Shown piece by piece: positions 9,971-21,314 of a DNA stretch of 64,000 bases (its first letter is position 1; the number at the start of each line of letters is the position of its first letter). The notes beneath the pieces are model-generated. The model had not been told where the DNA came from. It did no database searches and worked only from the letters and a program-made list of their open reading frames with translations. The stretch is from contig OZ252243.1 of the NCBI GenBank assembly GCA_965249555.1, forward strand, positions 480,001-544,000. Direction: 5' to 3'. Position numbers and translations under genes: made by a program. The DNA comes from Nitrosopumilus sp. (GTDB taxonomy: Archaea > Thermoproteota > Nitrososphaeria > Nitrososphaerales > Nitrosopumilaceae).

Positions 9971-10297
9971 TTAAGAGTGCTCCTTAATTATCTTGAGTAT
10001 TTTTTCAAGAGTTTCGGCAAGAATTAGTTTTTTCCAGCCAAATGTGAAAGAACGTAGTTCAGCTAAACTAGTTGGTCTAATGTTTACAATTTCAACAGCT
10101 TCATCTTCTGTTAATTCACATTCTTTCATGAGTTGTTTTTTCATGTCTTTTGCTTCCTTGGAATCAATTGATACAAATTTTGAAACATAATCATAGGTCC
10201 AACGTTGGATTTGATCCATCTCCTCAACATCTACTTTACCTAAAATTTCTTTAACTTCTGAAAGAGAAATTGCTTGTTTCTTTTTTATTTCTTCCAT
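9971..10297 (-). CDS. rpo4: RNA polymerase subunit Rpo4 (RpoF)
   Basis: ISLSEVKEIL..YDYVSKF..AVEIVNIRP..ELR; synteny. Confidence 0.9.
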   Translation of the reverse strand: MEEIKKKQAISLSEVKEILGKVDVEEMDQIQRWTYDYVSKFVSIDSKEAKDMKKQLMKECELTEDEAVEIVNIRPTSLAELRSFTFGWKKLILAETLEKILKIIKEHS

Positions 10298-10299
10298 AT

Positions 10300-10599
10300 C
10301 TATACACCGAATGGTTTGATATGATCCAATCTAGTGATTAAGGTTTTCGATTTATTTCCTAATTTCACATCAAGTGTTATAGCACGTCTACCAACGTTTG
10401 TGATGACACCAACTTTGCCGTGGTATCGTCTGTGTGGTAATCCTTTGTGCTGTCTAGGATCAATGATGACAAGTGCTTGTTGACCTTCATGGTATTCACG
10501 TAACAAGAATGAGACACCTCTTGGGGCCTTTTTCTTCATAACGGATCTGGATTTGTGTTTAAATCCATGTGAACGACCATGAGATTTCTTAGTTGCCAT
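10300..10599 (-). CDS. rpl21e: 50S ribosomal protein L21e
   Basis: HKGLPHRRYHGKVG, RLDHIKP. Confidence 0.96.
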   Translation of the reverse strand: MATKKSHGRSHGFKHKSRSVMKKKAPRGVSFLLREYHEGQQALVIIDPRQHKGLPHRRYHGKVGVITNVGRRAITLDVKLGNKSKTLITRLDHIKPFGV

Positions 10600-10630
10600 T
10601 TAGTGTAAAACCTTGGAAAGCCCTATTTAA

Positions 10631-10921
10631 TACGTGGTTTTCAATGATTTGATTTTACAGGATTATTATGATTTGTTCCCAGATTTACTTTCTTTGCAAA
10701 TAATCAGAAAGTATATCATCTGTCATCTCTACAACTTTGATATCTTTTCTCACAGCCAAACTACGTAACTTCCTGGCATTTCCCTTGTTCAACAAAATAA
10801 CAACTCTCTGTTGTAATAATCCACTCTTTGCTTTCTTGAGCAACTTGAGATGAGATGACTTTGGAGAACGACTCAAAACCTTGAGATACTCTCTTCGTAA
10901 TTTCTGATCCAATGGAATGAT
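10631..10921 (-). repeat. Inverted, diverged copy of the parB 3' end plus downstream region (partner ~27756-28046); includes a parB pseudogene fragment
   Basis: ORF 10685-10930 is nearly identical to the C-terminal ~78 aa of 27186-27992; homology extends to GAAAACCACGTA. Confidence 0.93.
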
Positions 10922-11701
10922 TTTCCACATTTTATTTCACTATCAGGATCCAGGTAACTTGCCATCATCGGTACCGATGACTGGCTCACATCTTTTATCA
11001 GTATCTTCTTTTATTTTATCAAAATCCATGATAAAGTTGGAGATCTTGTATTTTCCATCAGATCTAGACTGACCGCCAGCAGACCACACTTTAATTTTTT
11101 TACATATTCCAAACGATGCTAGTTTTCCTATGCCCACGATGCCAACAGACAACGGTAATTCATTGTACTCCGGACACATCAAAGGTAATGAGGAGATCTA
11201 TGTCAAAGACGATTACCTAGTGATAATTCACGAGAAAAAGGGAAATGTGTTCACCAGGGAATTGTGTCTTCGGTGTACGTAAACTTTTTTCATTCCCTGC
11301 CATTGTTCATCTAATCTGATCCTTCATGCCATGAGTCAATGACATCCCATGACATGATTAGTCCACCTCTAGTTACAGGAGAATGGTGTGTTGTTTTCCA
11401 GTTTCCAACCATGAGTGATGAAAATAAGTGCTCCAATGGTTTGTTGATGCAACAATCTAGATCAGATGGTTAGTTATGCAACACAGCAGTAACTTTGATC
11501 AACTTTCTCTTTTTTGGTTTTTGCTGCTTTGTAGATGTTTAATCTAGGGAATATTTTTAATTGATTTGGGTTCGTATTAATTTTTAATAAATAAAAGATT
11601 AAAAGTCTTTTCAGGCTCTTAATCCAAATTACCATCGGGTAATCGTTTACCATCATAATCGTCATAGCGATTATAATTAAAAGTTACTATAATTTTAGGC
11701 A

Positions 11702-11790
11702 TGTGTATGGAGAGGGATTTGAACCCTTGAAACCCTAAAGGCAATAGTTTGGTAAACGATCACTTTTGACCACCCAGTAATCCATACACA
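11702..11790 (-). pseudogene. Degenerate type II (Leu-like) tRNA-like element
   Basis: Minus strand shows TGTGTATGGA/TCCATACACA terminal stem, GGTCAAAAG D-loop, long variable arm, AGGGTTCAAATCCCT T-arm; anticodon arm imperfect. Confidence 0.55.
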
Positions 11791-11969
11791 AAACATGTTT
11801 TTTCAGTGAATATGAATTGGAGGTGATGGTGTCAACTTGCTGGAAAAGTCCATGTTCACATAAACTAGTTAATGCATTTCAGTCTCCCTAGTAAAATCTG
11901 ATTTTTTTTCCATGATGGCAATAAAAAATTCTCCACTCCAAACAGTATTTTAAGACCAAACAAGGCATG

Positions 11970-12064
11970 TATCCATGTGAATTGTTTTTAAACATTTCCC
12001 ACTTTTTTGCATCCAGAGGCATAGCCTTCGCTAGGGAATGCTTTCAATCAAAAGATGACGGACA
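11970..12064 (-). mobile_element. Solo right-end fragment of IS110 family A
   Basis: Near-identical to 53297-53391. Confidence 0.88.
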
Positions 12065-12375
12065 GAAAAAAGAAACGATAAATCTAATTCGATCAATTTA
12101 TTTCAAACATAATAGACTAGTATTCATTTATGAGAAATTTGAGATGTTTCTAAGTTATAGATTCTTCATTATACAAAATTTACGTAATCAAGAATTATTC
12201 AATAATAATTGTATAAGATATTTTTTGTCTCAAATGTTACACAATGGTCAGCTATTGGTGATTTGGTTTTTTGAGTTTTTAATAATATTACATAATATCT
12301 GTCCGGTTTACCAAGTATTTTGATTACTAGCCTTTTGGTAGATGACAAAAATATTGTGTAGGATGGATTATAGTT

Positions 12376-12600
12376 CTATTCTTTACATTTATTGTAAATT
12401 TTTTCAAAATATGGTAATGCAATTCTCATTAATGATGCGTAACGCATAGAAGTTAAATCATCATATTTGTTTTTCTTCTCTAATGTTATTTTTCCTAAAC
12501 TAGCATGTTGAAAATAAAGATACCCTTGTGATGTAGTTGGAAGTATTTTGTATCCCAAAATTCTTAAAATTTTAGAATAGGTATTCCAATTATGGTTCAT
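12376..12600 (-). CDS. HicA-like toxin (divergent)
   Basis: LRILGY..SQGYLYFQH..GKITL; overlaps upstream HicB-like gene; canonical GSH His appears replaced. Confidence 0.5.
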   Translation of the reverse strand: MNHNWNTYSKILRILGYKILPTTSQGYLYFQHASLGKITLEKKNKYDDLTSMRYASLMRIALPYFEKIYNKCKE

Positions 12601-12805
12601 TGAATACTATTTTAAAATCTACACCATTCCCTGGTAATTGTGATTTCATTTCAGGAAATGCTTCAACATAACCATCCATAATTTCATGAATATTTTTACC
12701 GATTTCGGTTTTATTTTTTCCAGTAACTATGATTTCTGGATTATCAGGGCATTGAGCTAAATAACCTTCTTTTGTTCTAGTCAATTTTACTTGCAGATTA
12801 GTCAT
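12590..12805 (-). CDS. HicB-like antitoxin
   Basis: EGYLAQCPD.PEIIVTGKNKTE..KNIHE pattern. Confidence 0.7.
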   Translation of the reverse strand: MTNLQVKLTRTKEGYLAQCPDNPEIIVTGKNKTEIGKNIHEIMDGYVEAFPEMKSQLPGNGVDFKIVFNEP

Positions 12806-13253
12806 TGTACAATCACCTAAAGTTACCTCATTTATAGTAAGATATGATCGTTAAAAAGATTTGATAAGTTGATAAATACAAACAAATTCCGGGTTAGAGT
12901 CTGATCGGTAGATCGCTGAAATATTCATTAAAATGGATTATTAATCAGTAGGATCTCTTTGAATATTGGAATAATCATCAGGATTTACATGAAATTTTTT
13001 GACAGAAAAATGACCATGTGGATGGCACTTAGGACAATGACAACGATCTCCCCAATAAACATCTGCTTCTTTTGTACTAAGAAATTCTGTTTTACAGTCA
13101 TAGCATTTTACTAAATTCATATTTTTTATTTAATTGATTATTATTTAAAATATATCCTAATCGCTAATTTACCAACCTAGTATGTGTAGACCCTGCTCAT
13201 CCTAGAAACAGAATGAATATCATTGTAGTTTGAATAATAAATTAAGGCGATTA

Positions 13254-14137
13254 GGTAACCTACTACCCCTAACATATTTCTCAGCAATAAATCAAACAGA
13301 TTACAATCCCCGTTATTGTATCTCCATTCCATCTCCTTGAGGTACAGTAAAAATTTGCCTGGACTCACCCGTGATGCTTTGCCATGTTTTCTTTGGCAAA
13401 GCTCCAAAAGCCTTCAATGCCGTTAATGTACACATCCCCTTTGCCAAACATCTTGTTGTGATCTACTGAGAGATGCTTGTATCCATGAAACACCAGAGAA
13501 TCATATCCCTTCCACTTGTCAGTGTACACGATGCTTCCTTTTTTCACTTTTCTAATTGTACTTTTCAGAAGGGTTTTAGCTTTGACGTTGTTTACTATCT
13601 CAACGTGAACCCTTGCCTTTTCTCTCAAATTCCAAACACAATGGTCTTGTTTTTGGCACCGCGTCCGCGATTTCCCATTCCTTTTTCCTCCAAAATACGC
13701 CTCGTCAGCCTCAATCTGGCCCTTTAGGACCTTGTCAGTGTTTGCCAATTCCTCAAGTATGGAATATCTGATTGCATCAAATGCCCTCAGAGCCGTCTTG
13801 TAACTCAGATGCATCTGCTCTGATGCAGTCTTTGCAGATACGGATAGCTCAAAGAGCTTGATCAGCGAGAGCCATTTGGAATTCTAATCAATGAGAATTT
13901 GGAACTTGAAAACGGTTTGAAGTCTTTCTGGCATTTTGTGCATCTCATATTGTTTCTGCTTTTCATGATATAGAGATCTTTGTTTTTGCAGAAAATGCAG
14001 GAAAGATCCTCAGTGCACCTTGATTCCAAGAATTGCACCAACAATGATTCATCAGGGATTGTTTTTGCAAATGATACAAAATCCATCCATTGTTTTTGTG
14101 AAATATTCCATGATAATCTTAGGGGCAGTAGATACCC
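13254..14137 (-). mobile_element. IS1595-family element with frameshifted transposase
   Basis: Zn-ribbon (CIFC..CTKC), EADEAYFGG, VYTDKWKGY, INGIEGFWS, YLKEMEWRYN split over three ORFs; imperfect TIR CTACT(A/G)CCCCTAA. Confidence 0.88.
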
Positions 14138-14179
14138 AATAACCTAATTACATATAATTCTCAAAAGATATGATGGAAC

Positions 14180-17100
14180 CTAGTCATTCCAGCTAAGATC
14201 AGAGTCATCATATATCATACAGTCACACAGCATCTCCTGGGCCAGCATCTCTTGTATGGATAGTGATTCCAGCAGTGCAGGATCTGATACTCTGTCCAGC
14301 CTTAATGGCATATCATATGAGAATGATTCATCCAAGGTTCCCTGAATTGCCTTACTATCAAAGATTAGGGTTGCCCTATCCTGCTCATCAATTACCAGAT
14401 TTGCAAAGTTTGAATGAATTCTAGTCATTACGCTTGTTGGCAGATCATCTCTTTGTTGTATATCAGGTCTTGTAATCTGCAACCAGGTGCCATAGTCATT
14501 TTGTGACCATATGTATCCATATTGGTCCTCCCAGACCTGGTAACGTCTGTCCTGCTGGGTTAGTGATATGGTCTCAAACGGATTCTGGTTGCCATGCTTT
14601 TGTTTTAACTCATGAGTTGCTGCTGCAAGTAATGCTTCACCTGTAAACTCTACACCTTCGTTGATATATGTGGTAGTAGAATAACGTTGTTTGTCAACTG
14701 CATTAATTGCCAATACTTCATGGGATAATGGTGCCATTATTACAAATGATATGGTAACATCAAAGCACCTCTCTGCAGTATCTGATGATGTACATTTGAC
14801 TTTGTCAATTGTGGCACCAGTCATCTCCTCATTTACTAGTTCCTCTTTTTGCTCATGGACTATATCTGCAATGTCATAGCCTGCAGGACTGGTATAGTTG
14901 CTATTTACATTCACTATAATGTGGGACTCTGCATTAGTCTTCAGGCCAATTTCTGGAACTCCAAGGGATAAAGATACCGACTTTAGGCCATTTGTTGCAT
15001 AGCCTTTGATGTGGACTGTATTGTCATCACCAATAATGCTGCTAGTCAGATCAAAGTCAGTGTGCCAGTTGTTTGTAATGGTTAATGGCATGCCATTAAA
15101 GACAAAGCCGTCATCAACTAGCTGTACTGCTTGATTATTCCAATGTTTGCCAAAGGTTGGCTTTGTTTTCCATTCATTAGAATCTCCACCTTTTTTCTTT
15201 GGTGTTTCAGTTCCAGAAGGTGCACTAGCGATGCTACCAACTGCTGTTGTATCAAGTGTAATGACTACAGGTGATGATGCGTCAGATGTGTTGACTCCAT
15301 CAGATGCTGTTGCAGTGAATGAGTTCTCACCTTCATCTAGTGCAACTTCTGTAAATGAGAAATTCCCGTCACCATCGGCAGTTATTGTATCAACTGTTGA
15401 TCCTTCATTGAATAGTTCCACAGTTGTCCCGGCCTCAGCCGTACCTTCAATCGTGATTGATGGTGTATTGACAGTTGCAGGTGGTGTGGTAATTGCAGGA
15501 ACTGGTGGTGCTGTAACATCAGATCCTACTGTTACAGTTTCAGTGATTGTTGTGACTTGTCCATTGTTGTCAGTTACAGTGTAAGTTACAACATATTCTC
15601 CAGAAGTGTTGGCATTTACTGTTTCACCGCCAACTAAACTGGATGCAATTCCTGAGATATCAGATTCATTGGCAATTACACCTGGGGTGTATGTTCCGTC
15701 AAATGGTACTGTAGTTGTATAGTCAACTGTGTGACCATCAACATCAAAGGTTGGTGCTGTGGTATCAGATACGGTAATTGTAATTGATTTTTGGTCTGGT
15801 GTGTTGCCTGCCGCATCATCTGGTGCATCATACAATACGGTGTATACTCCTATAACACTGGAGTTAGGCGCATCATCTGTAACTGTTACTGTTCCAGAGT
15901 AATTTGGGTCATTATCTTCTACAGTAGCGTCAGGTATAGTGTAGGTGTTGGTTTGAGTTAACTCAATTATTTCACTAGATCCTGCTGGTGTGATAACTGG
16001 TTTTTCTGTATCAGGTAGAGTTGGTGGTGTGGTAGCTGTAACTGTAACTGTTCTAGTTACTGTAACTGCAGGGTTTCCAGCCGCATCAACTACATCAAAG
16101 GTAACATCATAGGTTCCAATCGTATCGGTATCAGCTGGATATCCAGCAACAACTACATCATCTGTGATAACTCCATCAGTGTTATCAGTTGCAGCAAAGG
16201 TGAATGGTGTGTATGTTTCTCCAAGTTCAACGGAGAATGATTCCTCATTGACTGTGATAGATGGTACTGTGGTATCAAATGCTTCAGGTACAGGTTCACA
16301 TATTTTATTATCTACACCAACACCCTTTACACAAACTTCATTAGCATCGTTTAGATCGATGATACGAGTTATAGTAGTAGTGATAGTATATTGATTTGAT
16401 TCTACAGTTGGAGTGAAAGTATCAAAATCATTACTACCGTCACCAATAGTAAGAACATATTCATTGGGGAGATTAGTTTCTATATTACTCCAGGATACTG
16501 TAACGGAATTATCAGCATTTCTTACAGCATCTATTGTTGGTTCAGGTCCTACTGTTACAGTTTCAGTGATTGTTGTGGTTTGTCCATTGCTGTCAGTTAC
16601 AGTATAAGTTACGATATATTCTCCAGAAGTGTTGACATTTACCAAGTCATCACCAACTACAATACTAGATACAATTACTGAGATATCAGATTGATTGTTA
16701 ATTGCACCTGGGGCGTATGTTCCGCCAAATGGTACTGTAGTTGTATAGTCAACTGTGTTACCATCAACATCAAAGGTTGGCGGTGTGGTATCAGATACGG
16801 TAATTGTAATTGATTGTTGGTCTGGCGTGTTACCTGCTGTATCAGCTGGCGCATCATACAATACGGTGTATACTCCTATAACACTGGAGTTAGGCGCATC
16901 ATCTGTAACTGTTACTGTTCCAGAGTAGGCTGGGTCATTATCTTCTACAATAGCGTCAGGTATAGTGTAGGTGTCAGTTGCAGTTAACTCTATTGTTTCA
17001 CTGGATCCTAATACCGTGATTACCGGTTTTTCGGTATCAAGCGTAATGACTATAGCTGGTGATGCAGCAGATGTGTTGACTTCATCAGATGCAGTTGCAG

Positions 17101-19891
17101 TGAATGAGTTGGTACCTGGATTTAGTGCAACTCTTGTAAATGAGAAATTCCCTGTATCAGCAATTACTGTATCAACTGATGTTGCTCCATTGAATAGTTC
17201 TATAGTTGTCCCGGCCTCAGCCGTACCTTCAATCGTGATTGATGGTGTATTGACAGTTGCAGATGAGGTGGTGATTATAGGAGCTTCCGGTGTTTCAGTA
17301 TCAAGTGTAATGACTATAGCTGGTGATGCAGCAGATGTGTTGACTCTATCAGATGCTCTTGCAGTGAATGAGTTGGTACCTTCATCTAGTGCAACTCCTG
17401 TAAATGAGAAATTCCCTGAACCATCGGCAATTACTGTACCAGCTGATGTTCCTCCATTGAATAGTGTTATAGTTGCTCCGGCTTCAGTTGAACCGCCATC
17501 AATTGTGATTGGTGATGCGCCAACAGTTGCAGATGGTGTGGTAATTGTAGGAACTGGTGGTGGTGTGGTATCAGTACTTTGAGCAGGTACGTCTGCATAC
17601 GTTATATCACCATATGTACTCTCAACAGCAACAGCACCAGCTACGCCAATTCTATCAGCATTATTTATTTTGTCAAAAAATGAATTACTAGTCAGGATAG
17701 TAAGAACAAATACTTCAGCCTCAGCAGTAGGGGAATGTGTAGTAAAGTGAGGTGTTTCTACTGTACCTCCTTTAGATACATAGAGAGCAAAATTGTTAAC
17801 AGATTCTATATTACTCCAGGATAGCGTGATGGAATTATCAGCATTTCTTTCAGCTGTTAAGGATGGAGTTGTATCAGTTGGTGCTGCAAGTGTAGTTACA
17901 GACACGACATTAGAGGCGGCACTGTCTCCAGCTGCTGCCACTGTCCTTATGGAATAAGTATAAGTTGTTTCAGGTTCCAAGGTATCATCAGTGTATGATA
18001 TCTCAGTCCCAGTGACTGGTATCTCAATTGATCCTGTGCCACCTGTTCTGCTCAGCGTATAACCAGTTGCACTAGTCTGCGCATCCCATGAGAGAACTAC
18101 ACTGTTATGAGTAGGGATTGCTGCAGTAAGTGCTGGGGTGCCAGGTACAGTCGATATGGATTCCCTTGCATATTCATGTCCACCAAATGAGATGACAACA
18201 TCACCAATAAAGCCATGACCAGTTAGTAGTGTAATAACTGGGGTGATACTACCTACCTCAGTAGTAATAATAGTCCAGTTCACGCTCGGACCACCTACTG
18301 CTTGAATCACAAATGTGCCTGCTCTTAACGGAACAAAGGATACCTCTACATCTCCATCAGCATTCGCAGTAGTATCAAAAGAGCCTGCCCTGATTGCCAG
18401 TGTCCTTGCAGATTTGCTTGCAACTGTCTCACCATCAAATGAGAGGGTGACTATATCATCAAAGACAAAGCCGACTGTTATTGTTTCCTCTTTTTCTCCT
18501 GAATCTGATACATCCTCAGCTGAGACAACAACAGTATCACTTGACTCACTAGATGTAATCGTAAATGTGCCTTCCTTTAAGGCTGTAAATTTCACAAGTA
18601 ATGTGTCTGCATTTACCGTATTGGTAATCACGAAAGAGTCTGCCTCTATTGCCGGAGTATCAGCTTGAGTTAAGGTTCTTGCATCAAACTCTAGAGAAGT
18701 ACTTGTCCCGGCAGTATTTGTTGCCGTAATGGTATACTTGTACGGTGTATCAGGAGACAGGGTCTCATCAGTGGCAGTCAATACATTGCTGGATACCACT
18801 ACTACATTACCGCCTGCAACAATTCTGGTTAAAGTGTAACTGTCGGCATTATCCACTGCACCCCATGAAAGTGCTATACTTGTGTCAGTGACTTCTCCCA
18901 GTACAAGTGCTGGAGTAGCAGGTGGTTCGGCATTTTGAGCAGGTACTGACCTCCACACAACCGGGCCATTATATTGGTCAACAAAATCAGAGTTAATTCT
19001 TATCGAACCAGTAGAACCAGTTACGCCGATTCTTGTAGCATCATTTACCAGGTCAAGATCCTCACCCGTAATGGTATAAGGGGAATTAAGCGTCTCATGG
19101 AGTTGATTACCATCACTTACGTCATTTATATAAATACCAAACCAACCACTGACAGTTTGCACATTATCCCAGGACAGTTTGATGGAATTGTCATCCAGTC
19201 GTTCAACTGTCAGAGTTGGTGGTGGTGCAGGTCCAGTCGTTACATGTGCCCTTGCAACTTCAACTAGATCAGCTCCGTCTCTAAAGAAAATGACGACATT
19301 GCCATCAAAACCATAACCTATCGTTAGTGTGGGTCCTCTATGTGTACCTATCTGACTATTACTAACAGCTACAAGAATAATGGTATCATCATGGTAAACA
19401 AGATAGTCACCGGCTTGTTTCGGTACAAAAGATACAGTTATTCGATCGTCTCTGGAAACATACTTTTGAATACTAAAACTGTCGTCCTCGATTGCCGTCT
19501 GGTCAGATGTGTAAGTTGGTGCTGTGGCACTAAAAGAGTCCGGTGCAGATGTGGTAGATAATTCCAAAGTATTAGAGTCTGCACTTGTCTGGGCTAAACT
19601 ATTGCGTGATATGGCATGATAAGTGTACTCTGTATCAGGAGCTAAATCATAATCAATGAGTGACGTATCAGCAGTATCTCCTGCGACAGTGCCGTTTCTG
19701 TACACTGTGTATGTTACGGCACCTTCTATCTCACTCCATGTAATCTCAATGTTTGTCGAAAAGATTTCTCCTGCTTCAATTACAGGAGGGACAGGTGCAA
19801 TTGGGGCTTGAGCCTCAGCACTTGCAAGAAGCGATATGGCAAACAGGACAACCCCCCCCCCCACTAACGCATTAAATAACATTTTATTCAT
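14180..19891 (-). CDS. Large secreted surface protein (1903 aa): FN3, Ig-like and DUF5011-like repeats plus a distinct C-terminal domain
   Basis: Signal peptide ending AEA-Q; FN3 motifs (LSW..Y.L..L.P.T.Y.Y); bacterial Ig-like repeats (GTAEAGTT..GNFSFT..L.EG.NSFTA). Confidence 0.9.
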   Translation of the reverse strand: MNKMLFNALVGGGVVLFAISLLASAEAQAPIAPVPPVIEAGEIFSTNIEITWSEIEGAVTYTVYRNGTVAGDTADTSLIDYDLAPDTEYTYHAISRNSLAQTSADSNTLELSTTSAPDSFSATAPTYTSDQTAIEDDSFSIQKYVSRDDRITVSFVPKQAGDYLVYHDDTIILVAVSNSQIGTHRGPTLTIGYGFDGNVVIFFRDGADLVEVARAHVTTGPAPPPTLTVERLDDNSIKLSWDNVQTVSGWFGIYINDVSDGNQLHETLNSPYTITGEDLDLVNDATRIGVTGSTGSIRINSDFVDQYNGPVVWRSVPAQNAEPPATPALVLGEVTDTSIALSWGAVDNADSYTLTRIVAGGNVVVVSSNVLTATDETLSPDTPYKYTITATNTAGTSTSLEFDARTLTQADTPAIEADSFVITNTVNADTLLVKFTALKEGTFTITSSESSDTVVVSAEDVSDSGEKEETITVGFVFDDIVTLSFDGETVASKSARTLAIRAGSFDTTANADGDVEVSFVPLRAGTFVIQAVGGPSVNWTIITTEVGSITPVITLLTGHGFIGDVVISFGGHEYARESISTVPGTPALTAAIPTHNSVVLSWDAQTSATGYTLSRTGGTGSIEIPVTGTEISYTDDTLEPETTYTYSIRTVAAAGDSAASNVVSVTTLAAPTDTTPSLTAERNADNSITLSWSNIESVNNFALYVSKGGTVETPHFTTHSPTAEAEVFVLTILTSNSFFDKINNADRIGVAGAVAVESTYGDITYADVPAQSTDTTPPPVPTITTPSATVGASPITIDGGSTEAGATITLFNGGTSAGTVIADGSGNFSFTGVALDEGTNSFTARASDRVNTSAASPAIVITLDTETPEAPIITTSSATVNTPSITIEGTAEAGTTIELFNGATSVDTVIADTGNFSFTRVALNPGTNSFTATASDEVNTSAASPAIVITLDTEKPVITVLGSSETIELTATDTYTIPDAIVEDNDPAYSGTVTVTDDAPNSSVIGVYTVLYDAPADTAGNTPDQQSITITVSDTTPPTFDVDGNTVDYTTTVPFGGTYAPGAINNQSDISVIVSSIVVGDDLVNVNTSGEYIVTYTVTDSNGQTTTITETVTVGPEPTIDAVRNADNSVTVSWSNIETNLPNEYVLTIGDGSNDFDTFTPTVESNQYTITTTITRIIDLNDANEVCVKGVGVDNKICEPVPEAFDTTVPSITVNEESFSVELGETYTPFTFAATDNTDGVITDDVVVAGYPADTDTIGTYDVTFDVVDAAGNPAVTVTRTVTVTATTPPTLPDTEKPVITPAGSSEIIELTQTNTYTIPDATVEDNDPNYSGTVTVTDDAPNSSVIGVYTVLYDAPDDAAGNTPDQKSITITVSDTTAPTFDVDGHTVDYTTTVPFDGTYTPGVIANESDISGIASSLVGGETVNANTSGEYVVTYTVTDNNGQVTTITETVTVGSDVTAPPVPAITTPPATVNTPSITIEGTAEAGTTVELFNEGSTVDTITADGDGNFSFTEVALDEGENSFTATASDGVNTSDASSPVVITLDTTAVGSIASAPSGTETPKKKGGDSNEWKTKPTFGKHWNNQAVQLVDDGFVFNGMPLTITNNWHTDFDLTSSIIGDDNTVHIKGYATNGLKSVSLSLGVPEIGLKTNAESHIIVNVNSNYTSPAGYDIADIVHEQKEELVNEEMTGATIDKVKCTSSDTAERCFDVTISFVIMAPLSHEVLAINAVDKQRYSTTTYINEGVEFTGEALLAAATHELKQKHGNQNPFETISLTQQDRRYQVWEDQYGYIWSQNDYGTWLQITRPDIQQRDDLPTSVMTRIHSNFANLVIDEQDRATLIFDSKAIQGTLDESFSYDMPLRLDRVSDPALLESLSIQEMLAQEMLCDCMIYDDSDLSWND
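19852..19862 (-). repeat. G11 homopolymer in signal-peptide codons
   Basis: C x11 on plus strand, encoding V-G-G-G-V. Confidence 0.92.
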
Positions 19892-19911
19892 ATTGTATCA
19901 AAAATAATTTG

Positions 19912-19935
19912 CGGTTATAAAAGGTTTGTAGGTTG
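19912..19935 (-). promoter_or_regulatory. BRE/TATA promoter of the 1903-aa gene (probably leaderless)
   Basis: AAACCTTTTATAAC ~25 bp upstream of ATG; same motif and spacing upstream of the paralogue. Confidence 0.65.
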
Positions 19936-20544
19936 ATTTTTTAAGCTTGTAATTTGGCAATCGTGAGTAATTTGGGCATAGCTCAGATATGCATATGTGT
20001 AAAGTTTTGTAAAATGAGATTCAGGGGATCTCATAATTTTGATCGTATTTTTCACAGTGGAATGCCAATGCCTAAAAATGGTGATTGGGCATCATACCCC
20101 CCATACACTTGCAATGGATCAAATGAATTAGTTTCTGTATTCCACCTTCGGCGTATGGTAAAAATTTGCCCGGACTCACTCCAGGGGCAGGCAGGTTGGC
20201 ATATCATCAGGCATATGCCATAACTGAAGACAAGAGAGCAGGAAGACTGCAAGATGGAATTGATAAATTAGAAAACAGAATAAAAGAGTTGGAGCTAAAC
20301 TGACATGGAACTAGTGAGGCAGACATTGATGAGGGAATCTTACAACTTTGATCTCAGATTGATGCCAAACAAAGAATCATTGGTGGTATTAACACCCCTG
20401 AATTAATTACAGATGGGGAAAGAATATTATCAATTAATGCTGAATTAAATTCTTTGATTAATGACATGAATGGTATAGTTGGAGATATCAATGACTTGAG
20501 GTCACAATTAGCGAGGACTATTAAGAGAACCTGAACCCATTGTA

Positions 20545-20913
20545 TTGCCGGAACAACAAGAAATTAACACGCTTGAGCCTTTTGTTACAGCGGATAAGGT
20601 ACAGTATGGTTTAGCAGATACAACATACACAACTGGATTAAGAGAAGTGCCTCCACCAAAAATGCTAGTTGATGGCTCTACTGTACCATATAATGAAATA
20701 CTACATCTTTATCTTGTTAATTATCAAAGTGGTGAGTTTGTAAAGGTGTGTAATGATCCGTGTGTTGTGTTAAATGATGGTGGTTCTTATTTGAGACAGA
20801 TTGGAGTCTCAGGGGATCTCGAAATAGGTTCTTATCATATTTTGTCATTTCATCAAGGCGGTATTGGAAATAATTATGGTATTATATATTCTCAACAATT
20901 CATAATCCAATAA
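20545..20913 (+). CDS. Hypothetical protein (possibly a remnant)
   Basis: 122-aa ORF with TTG start, no recognised motif. Confidence 0.35.
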   Translation: MPEQQEINTLEPFVTADKVQYGLADTTYTTGLREVPPPKMLVDGSTVPYNEILHLYLVNYQSGEFVKVCNDPCVVLNDGGSYLRQIGVSGDLEIGSYHILSFHQGGIGNNYGIIYSQQFIIQ

Positions 20914-21220
20914 CCAAATTTTTTGAATTTTAGAATATGTATCTCTTACATAATAACTTTGATAATACATTTGATGCAACAGTTAACATCTTCTATTAAT
21001 TATTATTCATTTCAAAGTGAAGATCACAAGTATGGAAAAACCACATGTAAACATCCATGGGCGGGACACTAGATGGGAATAATCTTGGCCCTACAAATAC
21101 AGTTCATGCAGCGCCAACAGGTGATATCTCTACATTAATAATTAGATTTTATCTGCCACGATAATTATTGTATTGATGGTGTAACACTAAACTATCATGT
21201 ATGGTATATCCTATCCAAAT

Positions 21221-21314
21221 TAGAAAAAAGAGATTAGCACGCTGGCCTAACCTATCTAAGAAGTAATGCTATTACTATTCATTTTTTAATAAACCTTGTG
21301 GGCGTGTAGCATGA
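21221..21314 (+). repeat. Truncated second copy of the leader plus 5' end of the tRNA-like element (partner ~26677-26770)
   Basis: Shared AAAAGAGATTAGCACGCTGGCCT..TATTACTATTCATT..TAATAAA..TTGTGGGCGTGTAGCATGA. Confidence 0.85.

Noticed and set aside
10943-11665. Short ORFs at the island's left edge
   Set aside because: Fragmentary, with no recognisable motif; probably gene debris
11967-12323. MYPCELF ORFs (also 53249-53617 and 49434-49640)
   Set aside because: Spurious translations of the IS110-A non-coding end
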